From assembly GCF_028641065.1 (NCBI RefSeq), contig NC_073401.1:3286001-3350000 (forward strand): a stretch of DNA of 64,000 nt, in the 5' to 3' direction. The notes under the pieces were generated by a model. The model did no database searches. It was not told the origin of the DNA and saw nothing but the letters and a program-made list of their open reading frames with translations. This DNA comes from Leucoraja erinacea. Taxonomy: Eukaryota. Position 1 is the stretch's first letter. The number at the start of each line of letters is the position of its first letter. Shown here piece by piece: positions 38,811 through 51,444 of this stretch. Made by a program: the position numbers and the translations under genes.

Positions 38811-39852
38811 GTAGGTATGTTACAAAACCTATCTGAATCGTCGTTGAAAATCTGCCCCAGCCCGTGTGTGTGATTTTGGCGCTGTTTTGAGGGGGCAGGT
38901 TTAAAAAGCGATTTTTACTAGGCTGTTGCAATCGAAAATGTTCAGCCTAGTAAATCAGTAAAGAAAAATCGCTGAAAGACCCCGTCGCAAAAGGTAATAT
39001 TAGTTTTTATGGCCTTGTATGATAGTTATAGTAGTTTAAAAATCACTCTCTAAACCCGCGACCTCTCGCAGCCCCAGGGTTTTATAAAGCAAACAATTAA
39101 AGGTATGTACCTTATTTTTACATTAAAAAGGGCTTCTTTAGAACCCTTTATACAAAGTTACTATTGCGAGTAGCTAATTTTGGGCTCTTTATATCCCGCA
39201 GTATTTTTCTGGGCATTTGAGGGCACTAATCTAGCGCAATGTGAACGTTCTAAACCAGCGCGTTCCACAGGAACCCACTGGAAAGCTGATTTAAAATGGA
39301 CTTTAATTTACAGCAATTGAACACTAAATTCCTTCCATTTGGCCTATAAATTAATGTAAATGAGATTTCAAAATCATGTTTTATTGAGAATTATTTATGA
39401 ATATTATTTGGACACTTGGGCTATTTAAAAATGTTAATCATTTATTAAGAAATGGATAGATGTTTAGATCTAGTAATTGAAGTTTGAAATTAGCTACACT
39501 TGGGTAACTAACTAATTATATGTTTTAATTTCAGGTCATCCAAGTAAGATTATTTTATATTTGTTTCAGAATGGTTCAATCTACGATAACTGAAAATTTC
39601 ATTCAGTTCTCTTAATTTTTAAGAAGGTTATGGCCTTTTGACAGCACACGATCACAGCTTTTTTGTTATGTCCATAGAAAATCAATTGGGAACAAAATGC
39701 TAATTTCCGAGTATGAAAATGGCCATACCTTTTTAAATACTTGAGATATGAAAGTGAATTAGGTGTCAAATTAAACTTCTTTTTATGCTTTATCTGATGG
39801 GATAAATTACAGACTTGATTTTTTAAATGTCAAAATTTTGTAACATTGCTAC
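38811..39852. mobile_element. Non-autonomous DNA transposon, GTAG...CTAC termini, 5-bp TSD
   Basis: TIR GTAGGTATGTTACAAAA / TTTTGTAACATTGCTAC; TCTAT on both sides. Confidence 0.75.
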
Positions 39853-41139
39853 TCTATGCAACTGCTTCACTTCTTTAGAATAAGGCTCTTACATTAGATT
39901 GTCCAGCTTCTCAGCATCTCCCTGCTACACCCTCTCAGAATGTCATGTTTCAGTGATATCCTTTACCAAACTTCAGAGATTAAAAACCCATCCCATTCAA
40001 TATCTCAAACAAATGCAACAACCTGAGAGCGGTTTGTTGGTTGTCCTTTGTAGCCTGTTTATTCTTCATCAAATACAAGGACGTATGCGTCAAATTGCAT
40101 GCCAGGTAGGGTTTCACCAAATCTCTTTAAAAAATCATTAAAATACTCTTAATCTTATACAACGACTCAATTACAATCATCCAAGTACAACATATTGCAC
40201 ATACTGAAAATCTGAAATGAAATTAAAATGAAGATAATACTCAACAGGTCAGACATGAACTGTGGAGAAGAAACTAATCAATATTTAATCAACAATGGGT
40301 GCACCATAGAAAGCATTTTATTACAGCTGCAACATAGAAAGCATTTTATCCGGATGCATCACAGCTTGGTTTGGGAACAGAAATTTCTATCCAGCATAGT
40401 TAATAATTATCAATACATTTATGATATGAATATCATGCTGTGGTTGTTTCTGATTGTACATTAGAGAGGAGGTGAAAAATCACCATAAAATCGTGTATCA
40501 ATGAGAAGAATCACCATAAAACCGTGTATCAATTAGGTATTTTGTATATTACACAAAAAAGCTGGAGAAACTCAGCGGGTGCAGCAGCATCTATGGAGCG
40601 AAGGAAATAGGCAGAAACCCTTCTTCAGACTGATCGGGGGCGGGGGTGGGCGGGGACAAGAAAGGGAAAAGGAGGAGGAGCCCGAAGGCTGGGGGATGGG
40701 AGGAGACAGCAGGGGGGCTGAGGAGGGGGAGGAGACAGCAAGGACTAACAAAATTGGGAGAATTCGATGTTCATGCCCCCGGGATGCAGACTACCTTTGT
40801 ACATTATTTCATTGCCTTCTATTGTTGGAATTCAATGGCCATCAATATCACACAACATTTTGCTTTTTATAAGATCGTTGACTAATGGTTCTGACCCTTG
40901 CATTCGGGGACAGTTTCTTCCCAGCTATTATCAGGCAACTGAATCATCCTACCACCACTAGAGAACAGTGACAAACTACTATTGGCCTCTTTAATGACCC
41001 GCAGACTGTTCTTGCTTGGACTTTGCTGGCTTTACCTTGCATTAAACGTTATTCCCTTATCATGTATGTATAGATTGTAAATGGATCGATTGTAATCATG
41101 TCTTTCTGCTGACTGGTTAGCAAGGAACAAAAGCTTTTC

Positions 41140-42000
41140 AAAGGTTCAAAGGTTTCTTTATTAGTCATCTAGGTGTAGTGAAATTCTTGTTGCCAATGCA
41201 GCACATAAAAAAGAATATAAACATGACAATAATTAAGAAATTTAACATAAAAAACATCCCCCCACAATGGTTGCCATTATGAGGGAAGGCACTAAGTCCA
41301 GTCCCATCCCCATGTCCACCCATAGTCGGGCCTATTGAGGCCTCCGCAGTCGCCACTACGGAGGTCCGATGTTCCAGGCCGTTCTCGCCAGGTGATGGTG
41401 CTCTGGTGTCGGGAGAATCCTCTCAGCGGCATGGGACACCTGGAACGGCCGCCTCCTTACTCGAGACTGCGGCTTCCGAAGCCAACAAGGCCACGCCGGA
41501 TGGAGCTCCACTACTGCCGATCTCGTCGCTAGATACCAGACTACCGGTGAAAGGTTCAGCGCTGCCGCCCGCAGCTGGCCGCTCCGCAGACCCGCAGCTC
41601 CGCGATGTTTTACTCGGCGGTCTTCAGCTCACCGGAACTCCAGCGCGGCGACCCGGGCAAGGCATCGCCGCTCCACTCCGCGATAGCGCTCCAGCGCTGT
41701 GCCGCCGCCGAAGCCGAGGTTCTGGGCGGTCCCCTCAGGAAACGCCGCTCCAGGCCCGCTGGTAGGCCACGAGGACGGGTCGACGGTGCAGCCCGGAGAA
41801 AAGCTGCCTCTCCGACCAGGTAGGGACCCTGAAAAGTAGTTTCCCCCCCCCTTCCCCCTACCCCCACCCCCCACATAAAAAAGACTAGAACTCCAGAACA
41901 AAAACACTTTAACTAACTAAAAATAAAAAAAAGAGATGAAAAGACAGACAGCTGCAGGCTGGGCAGCCATACCCGTACAGGACGGCACCCCCTACTTGGT
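41140..42000 (-). repeat. GC-rich non-autonomous retroposon
   Basis: Same architecture as 24833-25560; inserted in a Rex1-type 3' tail. Confidence 0.65.
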
Positions 42001-42889
42001 ACATGTGACAATAAACTAAACTGAACTGAATTACAGATAAAACGGTTTTAAGTTGTAAGGAATGTTAGGTGACAGTTGCGGGCTAATGGTGAGAACCATC
42101 TAAAGCAAATATTGGTGGGGTCGAACAAGAAACGTGGAGGGCAGGATTGGGGGATATGTAAATAGCATAAAATAACTGAGATTCTAAAATTATCAAAACA
42201 AACTATGTATACATGCAAACATATAATTATGCATTATGGAATAATCCTTCTGGGAGAGATGAGAGGGAAAGATGTTTGATGGCATCAGTTTGAGATGTTA
42301 GAAATTACAGAATGGGGTCAGGAGGAGGTAAAATACATAATCCTATCATTATTCTTGCTGGGAAGAGAGGGGCAAGTGTGGAGATGTGGGAAATGCAGCA
42401 TCTTTGTTGAGAAGCTAATACACTTTGGTGGAGGAAGAATAGCAGGTGAGGATAAAGGAAGATATATGGGGAGCATTCTGAGGCAAGTACTGGACGTTTT
42501 GCACCTTATGCAGCATCTGTTTAGAGGAACCATCAGTTTCTGATCACAACATTTTCTTTTGATCTTTCTGAACAATCAGCAATCCCAGTAATTTAAACCT
42601 TTTATCTCTAATTGTTCCCATTTCTCATGAAAAATAATCAAACTAAAAGGTTATCTTTATTATTTTTTTTTACAGGCACACTGCCAGTAATAGTGGGAAT
42701 TTGCAACCTTAGAGAGAATGAGGAGCTCAAAGAAATTAGCATAGCAAACAAAACAATTGGAGAAAGTAATGAGACTAAAAAGTGATAAAGCTTCGGGACT
42801 TGAATCTTAATGTTTTGAAGGAACGAGCAATGGAGGTGTTCTGTTGGTCATCTATCAAAATTCCATATGTTCTAGAACAGTTACTAAAG

Positions 42890-43622
42890 ATTACTAAGTT
42901 TCTTTGTGTGTCTTGTGTGGGGGGTGGAGTGGGGGGGTGAGGGGGAAACCACTTCGGTCGCCTCCTCCATGGAGAGGCGACTTTTTCCAGGTCGCCTCCT
43001 TGGTGCCCTAACAACGAGGATCGGGCGGCCTTTCCCGGAGACTCTCGGCGTGGAGCGGGCGAGCCCTCGCTGGGGCAAGCCAGAGGGGAGCGCTCCGTTT
43101 CGCTGGCCCGCGCAGCCGGCAGCCTGAAGCCGCGGTCTGCAGAGCTCCGGCTGGCGCGGCGTCTGCAGCCCGGGATCCCTCGTGGGGGACCTGGGAGAAG
43201 AAGGAGCTTCCACCGCCGGCCCGCGGCCAACTTCTACCGCGGACCCGGTGTGGACTTGCCATCACCCCTAGAGGGGAGCTTCGACCGCCGGCCCTGCGGT
43301 CTGTGGTGCTTCTGGCTGCGGCGGGGACTTTAAATCTTCGACCGCCGGCCTGCGGCCTACACCAACCTAAAGCCGCGGTCTCCGGTGGGGAAGAGCCGAT
43401 CCTGGACTGACTCTGGACTCTGGTCCCGACCACGGGGGGAAATGGAGGAGGACTGGCCAAATTTTGTGCCTTCCACCACAGTGATGAATGCTGTGGTGGA
43501 TGTTTGTGTTAAATTTTTATTGTGTATTGTGTGTTCTTTATCATTGTACCACTGCTGACAAATTCATTTTACTTGCACTTTATGTGCAATGTGATGAATA
43601 AAACTGATTGTATTGATTGTAT
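42890..43622 (+). repeat. GC-rich non-autonomous retroposon inserted in an old CR1
   Basis: GGGGAAAC motif, GC-rich body, CCTTCCACCACAGTG motif (also at ~16870 and ~24960), AATAAA and (TTGTA)n tail. Confidence 0.65.
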
Positions 43623-45039
43623 TTATTGTAAGGTGGCAAATAAAGACCCCTCAATTTAAGAAAGGAAAAAGAGAGAAAGTGGGGAACCACAGATTGTTAA
43701 CCTAACATCAGTAGAAGGAAAGATTATGATTATTCACATGGTAGAAAATAGAAATAGAATTGTGAAGAATAAATGTGGATTCATGAAAGAGAAACCATGT
43801 TTGATAAATGTGTTGGAATTTTTTGAACTTGTAACTAGCAGAATAGAAATACGTGAAGGAGTTTATGTGGCTTATTTCGACTTTGAGCTGGCCTTTGATA
43901 AGGTGCCACACTCGAGATTTTGAAATGAGTTTCCATGACAATACATTGCACAGAGATGAACAGACAGAAAGCCAATTGGAATACATGATACATAATCTAT
44001 AACCAGAAACAACCACAGCATGATATTCATATTGTAAATGTATTGATAATTATTAAGTATTCTAGATAGAACTTGCTGTTCAAAATTAATGTTAAATATC
44101 TATAGATACAAAGTTGAAAGGTCATTGGGGGATGGAGAAATATTTAGTGTTGGAATTGATATGTGGAAGGGGACAATCAAATAAAACACACCAAGCCACA
44201 ATTGTAGGTCATAGTCCACCTACACATTTTCCAGAACTAGCTTCCTAATCTTTAAGTGAGTCACTCTGTTCGGAAGTGTCACTGATCAGTGAATCACTTC
44301 AGGCTAGAGAAAGTAATTGACTCACTGAAAGTGCGTAATTCCAATGGAGGAACTGGTTTTTATGCAAATATGTTTAAACACTGGTCATCGGGAAGATTAT
44401 GAGAAGCCTTGTTTATCATCCCTAGAAAAGAATCCTTTAAAACAATAACATGTTTCTTTGCAGATCTAATTAAATTTGTATGAAAAGTGAATGAAGGTTC
44501 CAGATTTTAAAGGAAAGTATCCATTTTAATGGATGGCAAGCGCAGTTCAATACAAACTAAACTCACATCTAAGATAAAACCATCAGCATATCACATTTTA
44601 AATTTCAGCTCCAAATTGTTAACAAGCAATTGTTAATAGCTTTGATGATAAGTAAAACCCAGAACTAAAATTGAAACATTGTGCAAACTGTAATATTCAC
44701 AATTAAGAATCATGGATAGATCACTTTACTCAATCCCCAATATAATCTTTCATGTTTTGTTCTGCTATGGATTGCATGGCTTTGTCCAAGTAACTATTAT
44801 TCACATGTAATCTTTGACTCCAAGTGCCTACAGCTGTTTAGTTCCTAAGAACATTTATCATTTTTGCCCTGATGGCAATGTGCAAGCACTTACAGCAGGA
44901 ATCGCAAGATAATGATGAGGAGTGGAGAATCATACTGATTAGCTCCTTATCTACAAGACATGGCCAGTTGCAGAAATGATGGTAATGCTGCCTTGGTTGC
45001 TTGCTCAGTCTGCTAAAGGCTATTGGAAAACAGCTGCAC

Positions 45040-46066
45040 ACTATGATATAAAACGTGGCAGTTGATTGATGGGCCGTAAATAAAGTTTTAGGTTTAATAT
45101 GGGGTACATGAACTCATGAAAGGTTGAAAGTGGTATCGCCCATGGATCGGTGCTTCTTTCCACGTCTGTCCATGTTTGTACAGCTAGTTTAGACTCGGGG
45201 AAAGGAAATGTAATATTAAACTGACTACATCCAGTGAGTCTGACGTCCACCATCACAAAGTGCGCTGAGAGGCTGGTCATGGCGCACATTAAATCTAGCA
45301 TCCCAAACAGCCTTGATTCCCTAGTTTGCCTAGCATTGCAATAAGTACATGGCAGACTCTACATCGCTGGTCCTACATTAATTGCTGAAATCTGGATAAC
45401 AAGGACATCCACGGCAGGCTCCTATTTATTCATTATATCTCCAGCTTCAACACCATAATCTCAACCAAATTCATCTCCAAATGCATGATTTGTAAGTTTG
45501 CAGGTGACACTAAAGTAGGTGCTATAATAGACAATGAAGATGGTTATCAAAAAATACAGCAGGGTCATCAACTGGGCAATTGCTGAAGAATGGCTGATGG
45601 AGTTTAATGCAGATAAGCGTGAGGTATTGCATTTTAGGAAGTCAAACCAGGGCAGTACTTTTGAAGCGAATGGTAGAGTGCCGCGCAGTGTTATAAAGTA
45701 GAAGATCTAAGACTAGAGTCAGTGATGAGCCTATTGATTGATCTGGTCAAGGTTGCTGGAATAGTAGGTTTCCTAAAATCCAATGTCAGAGCTCTGGTGA
45801 TTGTTGTAAAGCAGATGGATCTAGGAATAGTTACACATAGTTCACTGAAAGTGGTGTCACAGGTGGATAAGAGTGGTAAAGGTGGTATTTGGTACATTGG
45901 CTTTCACCAGTAAGAATACTGTATAGAAGTTGGCTCACTATGTTACAGTTGTACAGGATGACTTTGTCCTGTGTTCTGTTTGATTGCTCTGCTATAGGAA
46001 GGACGTCATTAAGCTTGAAACAGTGCAGAGATTTACAAGGATGTTGCCAGGTCTCAAGGGCTTGAG
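45040..46066 (+). mobile_element. Old CR1 RT fragments with an embedded Rex1-like fragment (~45230-45480)
   Basis: Degenerate GSVL, KFAGDTK and FTRMLPG motifs. Confidence 0.65.
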
Positions 46067-46070
46067 CTAA

Positions 46071-46600
46071 AGGGGGGTTGCACGCAGTCGAGGTCATGAC
46101 CCGTAACCCGTACTGTTGCCATGCAATGCCAAATGGAGTACACTCGGTGAACTGCAGGTGAGCATTCAGCACAGCAGGCCCTTCTTCGAGCCCAGCATCT
46201 GGACTGGTTGCACACCCCTGGACCCCAGGCCATCTATCCCTGCGGCCAGGTGTGGGAGGAGGAGGAGGGGGTCGGGGAAGGGGGTTTGGCGGTATTGGAA
46301 GAGATTGGGGTGCCGATGCAGCGTGGTCAGTGACTGGGTGGGCGGAAAGAGCAGTCCGTCCCCAACTCTGCTGCAGCTGACATTGCCTGGAGCCGCGGCT
46401 CCGCTCCACCTTGGCCCCGGCCCCGCTTGACCCCGGCGTGTGTGGGCGCTGCCAACCCACAGCCCCGTGACAGTGCGGCACAGAGGGAGAAGGGGCGGAG
46501 GGCAGCTGTGGCCAGACAGCGCGGACCTGGGGGGCAGAGTGGAGGCTGTCCGGAGGGATGTGCTCCTTCGGCCGCTTACACCTTGGTGTCCCCCTCCCAT
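46071..46600. mobile_element. Partial copy of the 669-1478 MITE family
   Basis: AGGGGGGTTGCACGCAGTC...ACCCGTACTGTTG and GC-rich core (CCCAACTCTGCTGCAGCTGAC...CCTTCGGCCGCTTACACCTTGGTG) shared with 669-1155. Confidence 0.75.
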
Positions 46601-47686
46601 TGGAATTGTGCAATATGGTTCATACTGCAGCGAGTCTTTTAACTTACACTTGAATACAATATATATGCTTTAAATTGGATTGGAGCATTTTTGAAAGGGG
46701 CGAGGCTGTGCGATCACTGATCACTGGCCTTGGGGGTACCCGGTGGGGGAGTGGAGCAACCGAGTGGGGAGAGGGTGTGGAAGAAGGGGGTCCTCCCTCC
46801 AAGGGTAGGAACTTTTTTTAATTTGATGTATTAAAATCATGTTTTAGTGCACTGTGGAAGTATGATTTCAATGTTTTTTGTATAAAGTATTTTGAAGAGG
46901 TAACTTTTTAAGGGGTAACTTTATCCACACAAAGGGTGATGGGTGTATGGAACAAGCTGCCAGAGGAGGTAGTTGAGGCAGGGACCATCCCAACATTTAA
47001 GAAAAAGTTAGACTGATACATGGATAGGACAGGTTTGGAGGTATGGACCAAAAGCAGGTAGCGTAGCTGGAACATGTTGGCGGGTGTGGGCAAGTTCGCC
47101 GAAGGGCCTGTTTTCACACTGTATCACTCTATGACTACAGTATACCTCCACCATGCATTAATGCTTCAAAATCAAGTGATCGAGTTTTATTGCCATATAC
47201 TCAAGCATAGAAACATAGAAAATAGGTGCAGGAATAGGCCATCGGCCCTTCGAGCCAGCACTGCCATTCAATATGATCATGGCTATTCATCTAAAATCAG
47301 TACCTCTTTCCTGTTTTTTCCCCATATCCCTTGATGTTGTTAGCCCCAAGAACTAAATCTAACTCTCTCTTGAAAACATCCAGTGAATTGGCCTGCACTG
47401 CCTTCTGTGGCAGAGAATTCCACAGATTCACAACTCTCTGCGTGAAGAAAGTTTGTCCTCCATCTCAGTCCTAACTGGCCCTCCCCTTTATTCTTAAACT
47501 GTGACCCATGGTTCTGAACGCCCCCAACATTGGGAACATTTTTCCTGCAGTTACAGTAAGTGAAAATCTAGCAGGCAAGCAGGATGCTTTCTCCAACCAC
47601 CCCCATTTGAAGTCCACTATCTTCCACCGTTTCTACTCAGTGCTTGGTACTTACTTCCAGCAGCCACTGGTTGTCCTCCAGGATGC

Positions 47687-48175
47687 ACTCTCTCTCCTCT
47701 CAACCCCCCTCTCCCTCTCCCTCAATCTCTCCCCTCCATCTCTCTTTCCCCTCTCTCACCCTCTCTCTGTCTCTCCTCTCACCCCTCTCCCCTTCCCTCT
47801 CTCTTCTCTCCCCCCCCTCTCCTACCCTCTCTCTCTCCTCTCTTCCCTCTTCTCCCCCTCTCCTCCGTCCCACCTAACTCTCCCCCCCTCTCTCTCTCTC
47901 TCTCTCTTCCCCCTCCCTCTCTATCTCCCCCTCTCTCCCTCTTTTCTCTCTCTCTCTCTCTCTCCACACACTCTCTCCCCTCTTTCTCTCCCCCTCTTTC
48001 TCTCCCCTCTCTCGCTCTCACCTCTCTCTCTTCCCCCTCTCTCTCCACCTCTCTCTCCCCCCTTCTCCCTCCCTCCTCACTTCACCCCCCCTCCTCTGCT
48101 CTCCCCCCTCTCACACCCTCCTTTCTCTCACCCCCTCTCTCTCCTGTCCCCCCCCTCTCTCTCTCCCACCTCCCT
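47687..48175. repeat. CT-rich low-complexity tract
   Basis: Polypyrimidine (CT)n-like sequence. Confidence 0.9.
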
Positions 48176-48179
48176 TTGA

Positions 48180-48555
48180 GAGCCTGTCCCTTCGGCACAG
48201 AGACTCTCGCGGCAGCGGCGCTTCCGACGGCCCGGGACACTCGCACTGTCCGGAGTGCTCCATGGCCGAAGCTGCAGTGAGCGACTCGCTAGCCGCGCAA
48301 ATACTCATCAGCCCCGCAAACACTCACCAGTCCCGGCTCCCCACATCTGTATCCGCCCGCTGCTTCCATCCCTCCCTCAGCCCCGGCTCTCCAACACCCG
48401 CGGACCATGCAGTTTATCCGAGTTTTGACATTTTTGTTGATCACCGAATTTCTCACCACAGAGCGTGAGGAATTTCTGATCAGCGTGAGGGCGTGAGAGT
48501 TTGCTTGAGCCAGGGCGTGAGTCTCACACTCAAAGCGTGAGAGTTGGCAGCCCTG
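48180..48555. mobile_element. hAT-like MITE end (CAGGGCTGCCAAC terminus on the minus strand)
   Basis: Subterminal GCGTGAG repeats and terminal GTTGGCAGCCCTG; other end not identified. Confidence 0.5.
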
Positions 48556-48989
48556 TTACATACACTGTCTTTTATCCACGGTAAGGGAATCAAGAACCAG
48601 GCAGGAGACACATGTTTAAGGTGAGAATGGCAAGATTTAACAGCAACCTGAAGGGCAACCCATTATCATTTTCACCGTTTTCAAGAGAGTTAGATTTAGC
48701 TCTTAGGGCTAAAGGAATCAGGGGATATGGGGGGAAAGCAGGAACGGGGTACTGATTTTAGATGATCAGCCATGATCATTTTGAATGGCGGTACTGGCTC
48801 GAAGGGCCGAATGGCCAATTCCTGCACCTATTTTCTTTCTATGTTTGTACACCTTACACTTCCATATCTCGGTGTCTCCCTTTCCTCAGACTCTCTGTCT
48901 GAAGAAGGGTCTCGACCTGAAACATCACCCCTTCCCTTCTCTCCAGAGACGCTGCCTGTCCCGCTGAGTTACTCCAGCTTGTTGCTTTG

Positions 48990-49620
48990 GTGTCGAGTTG
49001 TCGATGAGAGGCCGGTGCTCGAGCCGCTGGGTGCGCGCGCTGCCGCCGGCGCGGGGCGGGGTGGCAGTTGGGGCGCGCGCGCGCATCTCTGGCTCGCGCC
49101 CGGCGGCGCGCACGAGCGGCCATATTGGTTGTGGCGACGAGCGCCCGCTGGGCTGCGCCGGAGTGGAGACTGGATGGCAGGAGGAGACGGCGGCCCGTCT
49201 GCCCGCTCACTAGCACAGTGACCCGTGAGTGTGTGTGTATATGTGCCGGGGCCGCTTGTGCCCGCCGTGCTCCCCGAGGCAGCGGCAGCGACGGCTGTCA
49301 GCGCCCGTGTGTTTATGTGTGGGAGGAGGGCGGACGGCGCTTCCGCCTGCGCTGTGTGGCCTTCACCAGGAAGTCGAGTCGTGCTCTGTCTGTCCCGCGA
49401 GCGGTAGTGGCGGTGGCAGGCAGGCAGGCAGGGAGGGAGGGGTTCACCGAGTTGCAGGCCCACTTGTCAACTTTCGCCCCACAGTACAGGGGGGTATCGG
49501 CGCCGAGGAGCAATTCCCTCGCCTGCCCCGCCTAGGGTTTCCTCCGACCAGTTAAGCCTCGGTAACCCGCCAGGGCGGGTTCGGGACCTTGCTCAGCGCT
49601 GGTGGGGCAGAGAGAGGACG
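48990..49620 (+). promoter_or_regulatory. CpG island; probable promoter and non-coding first exon of a + strand gene (possibly TAOK3)
   Basis: Unique CpG-rich sequence with GC boxes, NRF1-like GCGCGCGCAT and ETS CAGGAAGT; candidate donors CCC|GTGAGT (~49225) and CTCG|GTAACC (49562). Gene identity rests only on human SUDS3/TAOK3 head-to-head synteny. Confidence 0.6.
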
Positions 49621-49639
49621 TGGACGGACGGATATCAGT

Positions 49640-50200
49640 GGATGGAGCTAGGGTGTGGAGGGATATGGGGAGGTGAAGGTGTGGAAGGACAGGAGTAGGT
49701 AGGGCAGAGAAAGACAAGGTGGGTGAGGGGAGGGAGAGAAAGGTGTGGGAGAAGGCAAAGAGAGAATGGGACAAGGGTGGGAGGGGGCAGAGACCAGTGG
49801 GTGAGAGCAGAGATGGGTGGGTGAGGGTAGAGAGATTGGGGTGGGTGGTGGCAGAGAGAGAGGACACGGGTGGATGGGGCAGCGAGAGAGGGACAAGTGT
49901 GGGAGGTGGCAGAGAGGGACATGGGTGGGAAGTGGAAGATAAAGGGACATGGTGGGAGAGGGGCAGAAAGAGGACACGGGTGGGAGGGGGCAGAGAGAGG
50001 GACACGGGTGGGAGGGGGCAGAGAGATGGATGGGTGGGAGGTGGACTGGGACAGAAGGGGACTAGGGCGAGAGGGGGACGTGGGTGGGAGGGGGCGGAGA
50101 GGGGGACTGGAGCGGGAGGAATCAGAGGGGCCCAAGGACAGGAGCATGGAGAGGGGACTGTGGGGTGGGAGTGGACAACAGGGGAAAGGGTGGGTATGGG
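49640..50200. repeat. GA-rich degenerate tandem/low-complexity tract
   Basis: Recurring GGGTGGGAGGGGGCAGAGAGAGGGACAC-like units. Confidence 0.8.
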
Positions 50201-50836
50201 TGCTGAGTGAGAGAAGAGCCAGCAGTGGACTGTTGAGGCCGGGTGTGAGCAGAGACCGAGTGGGTGGGGGGGGTCTGAGTCGGAGTGCTGTGGGCCAAGT
50301 TGAGTTTGTTGCCATGTGCACAGGTACAAGAAAATTGTGCTTGCATCGCAGGTACATAGACAGCATCCTGAAATTATACGAGACAGTGCATAGAAAAGCT
50401 GTGCATTAGTGCAAAACACAATGGAAAAGAAAAACAAGTTTGTGGTAGTGCAAGGGGTGGTTGGGATAGGGTTGTTCAGTTCGGTTCAGAATATGGTGGT
50501 TGTAGGAAAGTAGCTACTCCTGAATCTAGTGGTGTGGAACTTCAGGCTTCTGTACCTCCTGTCTGACAGTAGCAGCGAGAAGAAGGCAAGGCTTGGATTG
50601 TAGGGATCCTTTGCTCGATGCTGCATTCTTAGATCAGCGTCTCATGTAGATGCTTTATATGATGGTGTGAGCTTTCACCATTCTCTGTGGCCTCTTGCAT
50701 TATTGTGCGTTTGAATTGCCATGATGCAACTGTCTGTTAGAATGTGTATCAAGCAACTGCAGATGCCAGTTTAAACTAGATGGACACAAAAAGCTAGAGT
50801 AACTCAGCGGGACAGGCAACATCTCTGGAGAGGAGA

Positions 50837-51440
50837 ATTTTTTAAACTTTCAAAATAGACTTTATTCAGATAATAAATATACAATACATGAACCGTGCAA
50901 AAAATTCATCTGACATTTTCGGAGGCTTTACAAAATATTCAATACATTGCTCAAATTTCACATATTTATCCCTCATCCTTGCCACATGTAGCCCACTGGC
51001 GTGGAATCCCTTCCCTTATTTTGAGGGGCGTCTCCACACTCCAGCAGCGGAAGGAACCTAGACTGTGGTCCTCTCCCACCGAGCCTTGGCGTTGGCACGA
51101 GCTTACTCCGGCAGTCTGCAGCGGGCCAGTCAGCAACATTCCCCGACGGACAACTCGCTCCGCTAGGTGGTGAACGATGCTTAGGCAGACCAAAGAGCGT
51201 CTTTCACTGAGTTGATGACCTTCCAGCAGCACTCGATGTCAGTCTCTGAATGCGCCCTGGGAACAGTCCGTAAATCACTGAGTTTGTGACGAAGCTGTTT
51301 GGAATAAACAGTGACAGGGACCCTTGCAGATCTCTCCAGACTCTCTTTGCGAATCCACACTGGAAAGAGGTGGGCAACCGTCTCCTCTCCATAGCAGCCA
51401 TCCTGAAGTCAGCGTGCGCTGGTAGTGAGTCAGTCAGATC
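50837..51440 (-). mobile_element. Tx1/L1-like LINE 3' fragment
   Basis: C-terminal CCHC region (CGFAKRVWRDLQ..VTNSVIYGLFPG, WKVINSVKDALW); AATAAA and A-rich tail; CTCTGGAGAG duplicated at the flanks. Confidence 0.7.
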
Positions 51441-51444
51441 TTTC

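Noticed and set aside
47508-50437. Long ORFs rich in L/S/P or G/E/R (47508-48179, 49532-50437, 10207-10848)
   Set aside because: Translations of low-complexity purine/pyrimidine tracts, not genes.
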